Assembly (NCBI RefSeq): GCF_037042905.1
Contig: NC_087251.1
Coordinates: 8,744,001 to 8,804,000, forward strand
Source of the DNA: Lytechinus pictus
Lineage: Eukaryota
DNA length: 60,000 nt
Direction: 5' to 3'
A model generated the notes under the pieces. That model worked only from the letters and a program-made list of their open reading frames with translations, was not told the DNA's origin and did not search any database. Numbering within the stretch: the stretch's first letter is position 1; each line of letters opens with the position of its first letter. Position numbers and translations under genes: made by a program. Positions 28,100 to 41,219 of the stretch are shown one piece after another.

Positions 28100-29405
28100 C
28101 TATAAATGAACTTTCCTTTATCCTTTTCTCTCTACTATTTCAAAACGAAATAAATCATAAATGGTATAGGTGTTGGTATCTCTCTTATGCACACCAGTTC
28201 TGTTTGATTACATGTTATTCTAAATATCTTGTAAAATAATGTAGATAACGGTGCATCACAATGATACAAACAGTGACATGAGTGGATAAATAGATGATCA
28301 AATGAAGGAATAAAATAGATATGATTAACGAAATACAAAATTATACGAGGTTATTATTATATTGGTCATCCATGAATGGATACTGCAATTTTTATGAAAT
28401 CATTCTACTAAAATTGAAAGTATTGGAATATTATTGATTGTTTACCTTTTTAATGGGACAAAGCGAATTATGAGCGAATAATAACTATAATGTGTCCAAT
28501 TTAAGGTGTTGCGCACGTTTGACTGTTGATTTATGTTCCGTCGTACGCCTGCACCGACTATTTGAAAATATTGTCATCAATTTGGCAAACTAATGGCCCC
28601 ATATATCAGAGGTCTAGTCGTCACCGTGTCTCTATACCATGACCTCGGCTAGCTTGCCCATGGGATGATAGACGAGAACCCGTTATGACCACGTTCCATG
28701 ATGAGCTTCTGGCTCCTATATCGAAACTTCACTTACATGGATTGATTTCCAGTGTTATTTTTTCTTTCTGCATGTTCTTTCTATCTTTGGTTTTCATCTT
28801 ATTTTGATCATAAAACATACCAGCTTACGACACATACACCCATGACTACTGGTCATTCGATGAAATATTTAAATATTTTTTGTTCTGTCTTCAAATACAG
28901 TAGTTAAAGCATTACTTAATCGATTTTAAACGCATTTCAGAGGACCAGAACCGAACCAGCAATTGCTCAACTTTACAGTATTTAACTCGTGATTCAAATA
29001 AAGACAGAATTGTTTTTAGTTCAATGAAATGTTTTGTCTTTAAATAAAAAATGAGTCAAACGTTTATACTTTCTCGTCTAGCTGTCTAGTCGATGATGAT
29101 GATCAGTAGGGTAATGCCCCCCCCCAAAAAAAAATGAAAGTGCAGAAATGGTGTATGGGGTAAATAAAAAAAAACTGTAAGCGAGCGAGTAACTATTTCG
29201 ATCTTTTATACATAAATCGAATTTTATGAAATATTTTGATATAATAATCGGAAAATTATATATTCCACACTTCTTCCTTTCCCCTTCTTTCTTTCTTTTT
29301 GTATTTGACGTGAATTTTTTTTGGATCATGGCCACAAGCCCCTCTCCATCTTTCATGACTGTACGCCAGTGATTGTGATGATGGCATATTAGATGCTGTA
29401 GTTAA

Positions 29406-30490
29406 AGAGATGCTCCGGGCTAAACATTAGACCTATATCTCAACAAATAAAGCAAAATTCACCGAGCAAAGTATTCAAAATTTGATCAAAATTGGATAAC
29501 AAATAATAAAGTTATTGAATTTTAAAGATTTGCATTATTCCGGTGAAACAGTTCTGGGCATGTTTTCATGAATATTCATTAGGTAGGCTGATGATGTCAT
29601 ATCCCCACTTGTTCTTTTGTTCTTTAAATGAAATTAGGTTTATTCATAATTTTTCTGCCTAGAACTATTAAAGGCAATTAGATTGACAATTGATTAAGTG
29701 CATTAGTTATTTATTGCTGCAACTTGTTTCGTCATAAAGGAGACACATCATTTACACATTTATGAAAAAATGAAACAATTATGATTTCATGTAATACATA
29801 AGAAAAAGGAAAGCAAATTAAGGACACAAAATACTGGAGAAGGTGCGAGCAAGAGCTACGAAAATGATTCCTGATATCCATGATCTATCCTATGAATACA
29901 GGCTCGCCAGATTAAACCTTATACGTTGGGAAGGAGGAGAGAAAGGGGAGACCTCATTCAAACATACCGAATCATGACACAAATGGACAAATCAAACCCG
30001 GACAATTATTTCCAGAGAGTAGAGTGTGCCAGATCAGAACAAGGGGACACTCTTAAATTCGCCAAGCAACGATCTAGACTGGATATAAGGAAACACTACT
30101 TTAGCCAAAGGGTTGTTGATAAACGGAATAAACTCCCACAGTCCACAGTTGAGGCGCTAATACTCCTGCGTTTTAAGATACAATTATCAATATTATGTTT
30201 TAATGGGCTCTAGAGCCTCCTAAACCATGCCACACTCATCTGTACACCCTCGTCATGAAGACAGTGAGATGTGGCCATCAAGGTATGTTCAGGTTTGTGA
30301 CATCATCAGCCCACCTAATAAATATTCATAACGACGTCATCCATATAACTGTTTTCATAAAATATTGCTAAATTTTAAAATTCGATAACTTCGACATTTG
30401 TTATCCGATTTTGATGAAATTTTCAGCATTTTGCCCTGTGAATTTTACTATATTTATTTAGATATAAATATCTTTAGCCCGGAGCATTCC
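29406..30490. mobile_element. Kolobok-like foldback MITE interrupted by a CR1 insertion
   Basis: TTAA-AGAGATGCTCCGGGCTAAA...TTTAGCCCGGAGCATTCC, with long imperfect inverted arms. Confidence 0.7.
29814..30294 (+). mobile_element. 5'-truncated CR1-clade LINE (ORF2 C-terminus and 3' UTR)
   Basis: LEKVRARATKMIPDIHDLSYEYRLARLNL then RRERGDLIQTYRIM..RLDIRKHYFSQRVVD..NKLP, the classic CR1 ORF2 C-terminal pattern. Confidence 0.9.
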
Positions 30491-31949
30491 ATACCTTTTC
30501 TGTGATGCCTTTATTTGTTAGTAATCATCTTGCCGTTTTCCGAATAAATGCTATTTATATTTTGAATATTTCCCCCCATAATTCGTCATTGCCTAAATGT
30601 AGAAATTGTCTTCATTGTACAGTGTAAGGAACTAAAGTTCCAGCAGTGATCATTGGGCCGACTTTCAACATAAGGTGGCGTTATTTTCAGTTCTTCAAAA
30701 TAAGTCATTGAGTCTTTCGAATTGAAAAAGTTTACCCAAGTCTCCATTATGGTGATTATGATTAAAAACACTTATATGTTTTCTTCAATTTCAAATTGTT
30801 GTCATGATTCTGAATACTTTCACTTTTTTAATCATCGACGACAGATTTGATTTGAGATAGGCAAGAATGTCTGAAGACATGACCCATTTTAAGCGAGGGT
30901 GGCAGCCTTGTCAAAAGGGTGCTCGGTTTCTTAATTTTGTATTTTGAAATTAAATATACAATCTGGTAGTCGGGTACAATACAGACATGTTACAGAAAAT
31001 CTAAAATGATGAGTCAGTTTCGAAAGTGGGTGTAGAGACCCCTTGTCCCTTGTGTTATCAAGCAATCGGATGGTGTTCACCGGGAGAGGCGCCAGGATCC
31101 GGGGGGGGGGGGGGCAGTCAAATATAGCGCTGTACACACGCGTTACTCGTTAAGGGTATCAAAAACACAGATTTTTTTTTTAAAGGACTAGTTTTGAAAA
31201 ACTGGTCAATGGTCAATCGCAGGGTCAAACGTATTTAGGGTATGTTTTTTTTTCCAAAGCTTTTTTTTTTAAGACTAGCCAAACATGTTTCAATTAGGGT
31301 ATGTTTTTTTCCCCCCAAGCTTTTTCCCCTGGGTCATATACTGGCGACAACTTGTTTAGGGGCCATAATGTGTCAATAAAGCCCGCGAAAACTTGTTGAG
31401 GGGGTTATTTTGCACACAGAAAAAAACTCGTTTAGGGGCCTTTGGAATAATTTGGCCACGCGTGTGTAACGCAATAATACTGATAGGACTCAAATGTGAT
31501 GTAATTTTTCCTAAATAACAGAGGCTTTAATACATGGCTCGTGCCTTTCTCTCCATTTTTTACTCTTCTTTTTTGTTTGTTCTTCTTCTTTTTATTTATA
31601 TACTTCTTGAATAATCATAGCTCACCACTCACTTTCCGCGCCTGCGCCCGCCTTCATGTATTTTTGCACTTTTTTATCAATTAGAATTTACATTTCGCCA
31701 ACACCGTTAGAGCTGTGCATATGGAACTCGAATTTCGAAATGATTTTGTTTTGATGCATCCTTGAAAACAGCAAAGATAACGGTAATTTTAAGTTTTATT
31801 ACAGTATCATGAATTTGAGAGGCAGAATTAAACTATAGAGGACTAAATATTAATTGTAACAGGTAGCGTAATTCGAAATGCCGCGCAATATATCGAGATC
31901 TATTGTTGTGTAACTTGTGTAGTCCCACACGTACGTAACCTGGAGGCTA

Positions 31950-33591
31950 GTATAGTGACTAAGTGAGTGATTGTATTACCGACCGGCCTTGTATTACCGA
32001 ACGCGCGCATCATACGCATCAGAAAATAATTTTATACGCTCAAAATTTTGCAACATCCTTCCAAAGAGAACTTGAATAGAAAGATGATGAAAAGTTGTAA
32101 AAAACACATTATCAAAGTCTTAATATTCTAAAAATAACAAAAATATGGTCAAAATAGCTCATCAGTGATTTTGTTGTTTTTTCAACTTTTCCCATATTAG
32201 AATATGGTATAGGCCTATAGGCTATACCCACTCCTAGTACCAATGAGGTCCAACATTACATGTATGGACCTCATAGGCGACATCAGTAGTATTTTGTGTC
32301 AGAAATCTTTGTGAAGATGATTATTTTTGTATTTTATCAAAACTACAAGCTATCGTACTGTCTAATCATTACATTTCGATCTCACTAATTGAATACATTG
32401 TTAGCAATAAAAAAAATTGAAAGAAATGAAGGGGAACTTACATTTTCACGGCTTTTTCCTGATTTTCTGGGCAACTGCTCCTCTCTTCTGACTCGCGATC
32501 GAAGCTGATATGAAGATCACGTGATTCGCGTTCTCGTCAGCTGATCGGTTGGTTATTCTTTTCGTCAGACGTTAATAATATATATTTTATAATGCTAGCA
32601 TTCATCGCTAATTTAGGTGAAAGAGATTGAAGTTAAACAGCGCCAGGTCGGAATCATAATTATTTTGGAAGAGTGTATTTATACACTCGATCTCATACCT
32701 GACGTAGACGGCGCTATTCAACAAATGCACAATCTTCAATATAAAAATAAAACAGAAAGAACGCCTTGAACACAGGCCAAAATGCCTAACGATTTCTCCG
32801 CGGCATTAACAACTATCGTAAAGGGCGCTCCATTTATCAATAAAGATGGACGCTAAGCTGTCTATGGCGACAAAATTTGCCGCAAATATTTACGAGAATT
32901 GTGAGAAATGGTCTGAAAATGCAACAAAAGAACCGGTGAGTACCGATTAAACATTATTAAATTTATAAATAGATTATACATACCTTGTAGATTTAGTTTT
33001 TAAGGTGATATTAGTGCTTAGTTCTAAGCTAGGGAGGCCCAAACGCGCGTGAGTGGAGTCCCAGTTTATTAGCACGGGTAAGTATTGGGGTGTCGCCTAG
33101 AGTGGCTATACCCAGTTGTTGTGTGTCCGGACAGGTTGTGTGTCCGGACGATGAGTTTTAGAAAGTCATTTGGAAAAATTTACAAGCGAAGTTTCATAAA
33201 TGTTTAGTACAAAATGTTAGGAAATATTATAGAGAACAAAATAGAAGATGATTACAACTATTGAATTCGTATTTTTAGTGTAATCCAAAGACAAAAAAGA
33301 AGGCTTCAGAAACATAAAGTGTCCGGACACCCGACCCCCCATCCTACCAACTAACCACGTTCGGTAATACGATACCTTTTCATGTGACCAAAATATTTCA
33401 CATGCGAAGAGGGGTCCGATTGGAAGCTAATATCGTAAAAAGGACTAACGATTTCGGCAAAATTTTTACATATTTATATTTTGTAGGTAATTGTGTATTT
33501 ATGGTGAAAGTTTGGTGAATTTTATGAGAATAATGTGTTTGATATGATTGAATTCATGAAAAGTGTTCGGTAATACGATCCACTACCATAC
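31950..33591. mobile_element. TA-flanked inverted-repeat element (Tc1/mariner-pogo-like, non-autonomous) with a possible nested element at ~33076-33348
   Basis: Left TGTATTACCGA x2 versus right TCGGTAATACGA x2 and terminal CTACCATA; internal GTGTCCGGAC repeats. Confidence 0.5.
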
Positions 33592-33593
33592 TA

Positions 33594-34227
33594 GTATGGT
33601 GAGACTACCACATATCGACCACCTCTTTTGAAACCGACCACCATGCGCGCGTTTAAATTATTGCGTATTACAAACGATACGCGCGGGAGAGTAGGCGCAG
33701 TGTCCATAGAAACGGTAAGAATTGATTTTATGAGAAAAAAAGAATCAACAAAAAGTAAAAATTTAGTAGAATTAATCAAAATTGTATTGACCAGACCCAA
33801 ACCCCGCTGAAAAACCAAGAAATCCGATAGGAAACGGCTTTAGAACAAATATCCGTCGTCAATCGTCAAATCATGTGCCGGAGCTCGCAGTGGAAGTAGT
33901 GAGACGATCATTTAGCATGTTTACATCATTGAACTGATTTGGAAGAGTAAATATTTCGCCACCGCGACAAGAATCGGCCGTAAACTTAGTGTATCGCGGG
34001 TGGTCGGTTTCAAAAGACGGGTGCAAATAAGCAAATGTAAAATCGTCGTATTCGTTGTTCGTCGAAATATACGCGGATTGAATCGGAGTCGCCGAGCGAA
34101 ACATGGGAATCTGATCTGCTCAATTTTCTGCACAAATGAGACGAAAACTGGGTAAAATTGATAAATATTTTCGCAGATACGATGCTTAGAAGATTAGGTG
34201 GTCGATAAGGGGTAGTTCCAACCATAC
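33594..34227. mobile_element. TA-flanked MITE with terminal and subterminal inverted repeats
   Basis: GTATGGTGAGACTACCACATATCGACCACC / GGTGGTCGATAAGGGGTAGTTCCAACCATAC; internal CTTTTGAAACCGACCACC inverted pair; related fragment at 57410-57715. Confidence 0.7.
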
Positions 34228-34850
34228 TAACCTCGCAATACGTGTGTGTGAGTGGCCTGGAGGCTCCTGGAGAGTAAAAATCAGTCTGCTATTACTAAAG
34301 TACTACTATACGTAGGCTTACTCCCCATGGAGCCTGGAATTGCTTCCCATACATCTACACACACCACCAAAAAACCTGAAACTTGAAACCGTGCGGTTTG
34401 CGTGCTGTCGCCAAGCGAAAGACAATGAAATCAAGATCGCGACGTAAACACGGCAAGTTCTTGTCTTTCTTTTCATAACATTTTTCTTGTTTTTTGAATG
34501 AATTCTTGTTAAAAAATGAAATAATTATCATAGAAATGTCGGAAATGAAGTTGTATCCCATGTACATGATTTAGGGCTGTGTTTTTTAAAAACACTGTGT
34601 TTTTTTAAAACACCCGTTTTTTTAACAAAAAAAATGTGTTTTAAAACACCGCATAGGCTTGTGTGTTGTCAATTTGCATGGATGTGATTTTAGATGAATG
34701 TTTTCTTTTTTTTCATACTTTTATTTCTGAAGTGGTGTACTATTTTCTTCTAACTAATTAAAACTCTTTTTCAACACAACTCTTTGTTTTCTTTCTCTTT
34801 CCCCTTTATTGTCCCTTTCTCCATCTCTTTGTCATGTTCCTTTCTTCCTA

Positions 34851-35442
34851 CCTCGGGCAAAGTTCGTGCAGGCTCCACTCGACTTCACTACCGCTACACT
34901 ACGCTCCACCTACCCGAACTTCGGGACCGTGAACCATTTCGGATATACCAAGTGACAAAGGTGGGATGAAATGATGGTTTATTGTAAAAATTACGGAAAA
35001 AAAATATAACAAAATATATAAATAGCTTAATAATAATATCTTACTCTACACCCGTATTTCAAAACATTGTATGCGCGTATCGAGTGGACCTTCCTAATAG
35101 CAACACTGATGTGTGTTGCTGCCCTCTACTTTCATTGCATACAATGTTTTGAAATCGGCCGTGGATAATACGTGTGAGGAATTTGATACTGGCTCAAAAT
35201 CTCCAATGTTGAGGATAACCGGAGGATGGACACGGTGTGAAATACAGGTGTAGAGTAAGATATTAAGCTATTTATATATTTTGTTATATTTTTTTTCTGT
35301 AATTTTTACAATAAACAATAATTTCATCCCACCTTTGTCACTCGGTATATCTGAAATGGTTCACGGTCCCGAAGTTCGGGTAGGTGGAGCGTAGTGTAGC
35401 GGTAGTGAAGTGGAGTGGAGCCTGCACGAACTTCGCCCGAGG
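34851..35442. mobile_element. Young foldback MITE, ~210-bp TIRs, TA TSD (Tc1/mariner-like)
   Basis: TA-CCTCGGGCAAAGTTCGTGCAGGCTCC...GGAGCCTGCACGAACTTCGCCCGAGG-TA; arms nearly identical. Confidence 0.88.
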
Positions 35443-35627
35443 TACTTTCTTCCCAGTTCAATTGTGTACATCAATCCATATTAAGAATATTCTTATTTCA
35501 ATAAACATATCTGAGTGTTGTGCTCACATTTTGGACAGGGAAAGAAACACCATTTAAAATAAGCTCAAATACAGTACTTGAATGAAATGGAAGTGTTGCA
35601 CAAGCATAATAATATCTTACAAACCAC

Positions 35628-35775
35628 CGCCTTCCTGCATAAGGGCCGTTAGCGCAGACTGCATGTCACCTTTCCGCACAAAGGCCGTTAGCTCGCACTG
35701 TTAACTGCACGCTAACGGCCTTTCTGCGGGAATGCGACGTGCAGTGTGCGCTAACAGCCCTTGTGCGGGAAGGAG
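35628..35775. repeat. GC-rich palindromic hairpin element
   Basis: Two GGCCGTTAGC units mirrored by two GCTAACRGCC units around a central TGTTAAC. Confidence 0.75.
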
Positions 35776-36293
35776 ACGATTAATAGATTGTAAACCTGTC
35801 ATACTCATGAGGTACACACAATAGCAGGTGAAACTTTGCACTTCGTAAAGATGAAGAAAAGTGCTTTAAACAGTATACGGTAAGATAATCGGCTAGCAAA
35901 CCTTAACCCTGATAATTCCAGGGGACCTCAATGGCCCCCTCAAAAATTTATATGATAAATCTATACATGACAGGGCCACGCCATCATTCCAGACTATTTT
36001 TGGATGCAGGCATGGGTATGCAGTTATGATATTAGACAACAAGTGCATGTCAGACCCCGAATTGCTAAAAAACGTGATTCATGAATAAAGCAAATTGTAA
36101 ATTCTTGCCAAAATCTATTATTTGTACTTGTCAATTAAAATTACTGCCAATAATTTCCATAAAAAAAGAAGTAAAAAAACTTTTTACACTGAATTTTTTC
36201 TTATATTGAAAAAATAAGCAGGTCAAGGACTTTATTTATAGATTTAACTAAAATTGGCATAATTGATTCAAATGAAATAAAGCATTTCTTGAT

Positions 36294-36878
36294 TTAATGG
36301 ACAAGTCCACCTCAACAAAAAGTTGATTTGAATAAAAATAGAAAAATCCAACAAGATTAACACTGAAAATTTCTTGAAAAATCAGATGTAAAATAAGAAA
36401 GTTTTGACATTTTAAAGTTTCGCTTAATTTCACAAAACAGTTCCTTATCGGTATGCAAATGAGGAGGCTGATGACGTCATCCACTCACTATTTCTTTTGT
36501 ATTTTATTATATACAGTATATGAAATATAATTTTCTCCTCATTGTAAAGCAAAACAACAATTAATACCTCCCTGAACATGTGGAATTACCATTGTTTAAT
36601 ACAATATGGTTCAGTCAAGTTGGTCCTAATTGTCAAATATTGTATAATTCAAACAATAAAAAACAAAAGAAAAAGTGAGTGAGGGACATCATCGAATGTC
36701 TCATTTGTATTTCACTGAGTTGTGCATATTACTGTTTTGTGAAAATTAAGCAAAACTTTAAAATGTCATAACTTTCTTATTTTACATCCGATTTTGATGA
36801 AATTTTAAACATTATGCTTGTTTGATTTTTCCCTATTTATTAAAATCAACATTTTTCTGGGGTGGACTTGCCCTTTAA
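36294..36878. mobile_element. Kolobok-like foldback MITE, TTAA TSD
   Basis: TTAA-TGGACAAGTCCACC...GGTGGACTTGCCCT-TTAA, with long imperfect inverted arms. Confidence 0.8.
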
Positions 36879-39241
36879 TGAAATTAAGCTTTGAAACCCC
36901 ATAGATTACAGTATGTCATCTTCTTCCATTGTGCAAATTCTTCTCGCCCCCCACCTAGATTGACAAGACTCAAAGTACCCCGGAACTACATGTATATGTA
37001 GTCCCGGGAATAAACTTATAAAATGTCGACTTTAGTGGGGTTTTTGGGGCATTAAATTTCCATGATTTAGTAATTTTTTGGGGAAATATGAACTTTTCTG
37101 TTAGAAATTCAGAAACAATCATTGTAGTTTTCTCTTACTTACTCCAAAAATGTATTTAAAACATCAAGAGCTTACATCAGACTATAGTTTAATTGATTTT
37201 ACAAAAAATTTCATCATTCGTTGGAAAAAAAAATGTTTAAAAACGATTTAAAACGTTTTAAAACAATAAAAAACGTTTTATTTGTTTTTTTTAATAAAAA
37301 ATGTTTTTTATTACAACCCTGCTCTGGGGCGAGAGTTTCAGGTTTTTTGGCGGTGTGTGTAGATGTATGGGAAGCAATTCCAGGCTCCATGGGGAGTAAG
37401 CCTACGTATAGTAGACTGATTTTACTCTCCAGTAGCCTCCAGGCTACACGTACGGTACCGTACCTGACAGCTGGCAGCCGTCTGTTTCGAGGATTTTTTA
37501 AACATTTTTTTTCTCTCCTCGTACACAGGCGGCTCGCGATCGTACAGCCATCTGGTTAATAATCCAAAATCCCTCGACGGGGCTCTTCAAGTTTTGTCTT
37601 TATTTCATAAATATATATAAAAAGAAATGGACCAAAATAAAGATTATCATTCAGCTTTGCTTTGGCCTGAAAAAATGCACCAAATGATAAATCGGGAAAA
37701 AAAAAACTTGAAAGGAAAAAAAAACTGACTTACTTCGGCTGTCGCACAACTCCCATTTCCCTGGTTTATCCGAACTTAATACATAAACATATGGCCAGTG
37801 AGTCTCTGTAAAGATCAAGTTAGAACTTCGCAAAGTTTGGACTCACAACTCACTGCCATGGGGGCATGGGACCTCAATAAGGCCAAGGTGGAAAAATGCT
37901 GCCAGAGTAGTCCGACTTTCAAGCACCATTGTACAAAATACACTGTATTTTGATAAAAAAATTTACCTTTGAAGTAATTTTTGATGCAATAAACAATACC
38001 TAATTTAAGTCAGAAAAGTGTTCATAACCCCCCCCCAAAAAAAAAATAACTTAAACAATTCACCACACCGACAAGCCTTGCTGTCATCATTGTGTGCATT
38101 TTGGTGTTACCGTGGTTGCCGACTTTCTACAAATGCACCATCCCGTATGCGCTATTGTTGCGGATGAAGTCAATACTGTTGAGGTTGTAGTGAGGTCGAC
38201 AAAAAAAAGAGCGAAGCAAAGGCTTCTATAGGATTATCTTCTATTTTGTACTTCCAACAATTTCAACAAACCAACTACATTTCATTGAATCCAATTCATC
38301 CTCTTACAGTAAATCCATATATGATTCAACAAACCCGTGAAAACTGGAATCAATAACACAGAAAAAGAATCATAAATACCAGCGAAAGCAACATTAAATA
38401 TTTGCAATACTTGAATATGATTTATCAACTCTAGATCTTCTATACATACATGTTTACTTAGAATAGATGTAGGCTTGCTTGTTTTAAACCAAAGATCACA
38501 AAATGAACCAGATTTTGCTCTCATATATATTCATAATTATACAAGTATAAATCAAGAATCATAATGTAGTTTAAGATAAGGCTTCAAATGTTAAACTCTA
38601 TCAAAAATCTTATCTGATTTCAAGGAAAAATGTTTGCCTGCTAGTCTCTACACATGTCATACCTTATACACAAAACATAACCATCATTTGTGATTATTAA
38701 GTAACAAAAAGATCACTAAAATTTCATTTTATGCTTTGACAATTATTAAACATATATAACACAAAACTTAAACTAACCTCTTTGCTTGCTTTCTCGTGTA
38801 GTAAAAACATCTATGCCGGGATGCAAGGGGTAAAATCCAAGCCCCTGACTGGCCTCACACACAAGTCAATGTTTGAGTTTCCAATATCAAATGCACTGTT
38901 GTGGTGTCAAGTAAGTCATTGTCTAAGGGAGTGCCAGAGACAAATGTGTTACTTAGTGCAACAGTGAAAGCCTATGAAAAGTGCTAAATCACTTCTGCGC
39001 TAATTTGGTGCACACAAATTTCATAAAATTCAGATGTACTTTCATCACAACTGTTATGTTCTGACCTCATTGGTACTAGGAGTGCAACCACTCTGTCTGT
39101 GATGAGTCTACAAGACTAATGTAACATGTATATATGCAACATACAACACACATTTTAAAGTCTTTAAAAATATCACTTTTGTTTTTGTAACTCGGTTCCA
39201 TTCATTTATGATTTTTTTTTTTATTATAAACTTGGGGATCA

Positions 39242-40400
39242 TTTTTGGCGAGACATAGGTATCACTATTTCCTGTGTCGGTGTCGTCATCAACAATTGTG
39301 TTGTACACCCAATAACTTTCTATAGCTTTGAGGTAGGATCACCAAATTCATACCAGAGGTCCATCTCCTGAAGGCACAGGTCAAGTTTGAATATGAGTCG
39401 AATTTGAATAAGGTCAAAGGCCAAAGGTCAATGAACTTTCCATGACTGGCACTGTGCTGTGTTGTACACATAATAACTTTCTATATCTTCGAGGTGGGAT
39501 CACCTAATTCATACCAGAGGTCCATCTCCTGAAGGCACAGGTCAAGTTCGAATATGAGTCGAATTTGAATAAGGTCAAAGGTCAACTAGGTCAATGAACT
39601 TTCCATGACTGGCACTGTGCTGTGTTGTACACATAATAACTTTCTATATCTTCAAGGTGGGATCACCAAATTCATACCAGAGGTCCATCTCCTGAAGGCA
39701 CAGGTCAAGTTCGAATATGAGTCGAATTTGAATAAGGTCAAAGGTCAATGAACTTTCCATGAATGGCACTGTGCTGTGTTGTACACACAATAACTTTCTA
39801 TAGCTTCGAGGTGAGATCGCCAAAATCATAACAGATGTCCATCTCTTGAAGGTACAGGTCAAGTTCGAATATGAGTCGAATTTGAATAAGGTCAGACTGA
39901 GAGGTCAATAAACTTTCCATGACTGGCACTGTGCTGTGTTTTACACACAATAACTTTCTATAGCTTCGAGGTGAGATCGCCAAATTCATAACAGAGGTCC
40001 ATCTCTTGGAGGTGCAGGTCAAGTTCACATGTGAGCCGAATTTGAATATGGTCAAAGGTCAATGAACTTTCCATGACTGGCACTGTGCTGTGCTGTACAC
40101 ACAATAACTTTCTATATCTTCGAGTTAGGATTGCCAAATTCATACAAGATGTCAATATTTTGAAGGTGCAGGTCAAGTTCGAATGTGAGTTGAATTTGAT
40201 TAAGGTCAAAGGTCAATGAACTTTCCATGACTGGCACTGTGCTGTGTTGTACACATAATAACTTTTTATATATTCGAGGTAGGATTGCCAAATTCGTAAC
40301 AGAGGTCCATTTAAGTCATATAGCATACATGTAGTTTTGACATGCAGTCTCTTCATGACTGCAATATGCAGGCGAGACAACGCTTGGCGTTTGCCTTGTT
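39242..40400 (+). mobile_element. Helentron-associated element (HINE) with ~6.4 tandem units of 154-163 bp
   Basis: Units start at ~39300, 39461, 39624, 39778, 39938, 40092, 40246. 3' end TGCAGGCGAGAC, short hairpin AACGCTTGGCGTT, CTTGTT; T-rich flanks. Confidence 0.8.
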
Positions 40401-41219
40401 TGATTCACCAGAGCGTTCAAAATTTGTATTTTTTTGGCCAATTTGTGTGTGGGCCTTTTAATGATTGAAATGTTAAGTTGATCTGAAATGGTAGACTACA
40501 AAATCTCTTTTTAATTAAAAAAAATATCAAAATAATTCAGTTTACTTTGGAGCCAGGTTATATGATGAATAGTTGTAATGGAAACTAACTGTTAAAAAAT
40601 CAAGAATTTGTCCCCAAGAGCAAGAGAAAATAAGCCAAACATTGCCAACCTTATTTCACCACACAGGGGATCATAACTGAGGACAAGGTTATTTCATAAT
40701 CTTGTACATTGGACAAGTACTGTAGACAGGAATAATCGTTGTTATAGGGGATATATTAACCAATTTATAAAATTTTACTATCAACCCTCTTTTCTGACGG
40801 TACCCCATTAGTGCGAGCGCTGATGGACAAACATCACCCAATATGGGTCTGTGTTTTGTTAAGATTGAAAGCATTTTACTAGATAATGCCATGGGTCATG
40901 ATGATGAGGTCGCCCACCAAAAGGGTGGTGCTGTTACATATTTTGGTTACTTCATGTAGTTATTCTTAATTATTTTCAATGTTAGCTAATAATCTAGAAA
41001 GGCATGGCTGTAGGGTCTATAAAACTTGAGTTGCATGTTGTCCTCAAACACAGAGCTCCAGGGGTGGTGCCAGAAGCGGTGCCACCGTACAAATTTAGTT
41101 ACATGTACATCCAAACTGCTCAGAAATTATGATTGTCCCGACAAAAACTTTCACTGACAATAGTTGTTCCCAGGCTATCTTTCATATCTCAATTACATTT
41201 TTCTTTGTTTATAGATAAG

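Larger units (their letters stand above)
34572..37321. mobile_element. hAT-like non-autonomous element (CAGGGTTG-type termini)
   Basis: TAGGGCTG...CAACCCTG termini with AAAAC/GTTTT-rich subterminal repeats; no TSD detectable. Confidence 0.4.
34252..37447. mobile_element. Foldback element with ~115-130-bp inverted arms enclosing nested insertions
   Basis: 34252-34383 is the near-perfect reverse complement of 37334-37447, with one short indel. Confidence 0.8.

Noticed and set aside
39644..40209. Three similar minus-strand ORFs resembling a gene family
   Set aside because: Artefacts of translating the tandem repeat units.
39290..40310. Regular array as a possible CRISPR
   Set aside because: Units are 154-163-bp whole tandem copies with no unique spacers, inside a Helentron-type element in eukaryotic DNA.
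30000..41200. Head-to-head MRPS12 partner as in the mammalian SARS2 locus
   Set aside because: No S12 motif (KPKKPNSA) seen on the minus strand in this window.
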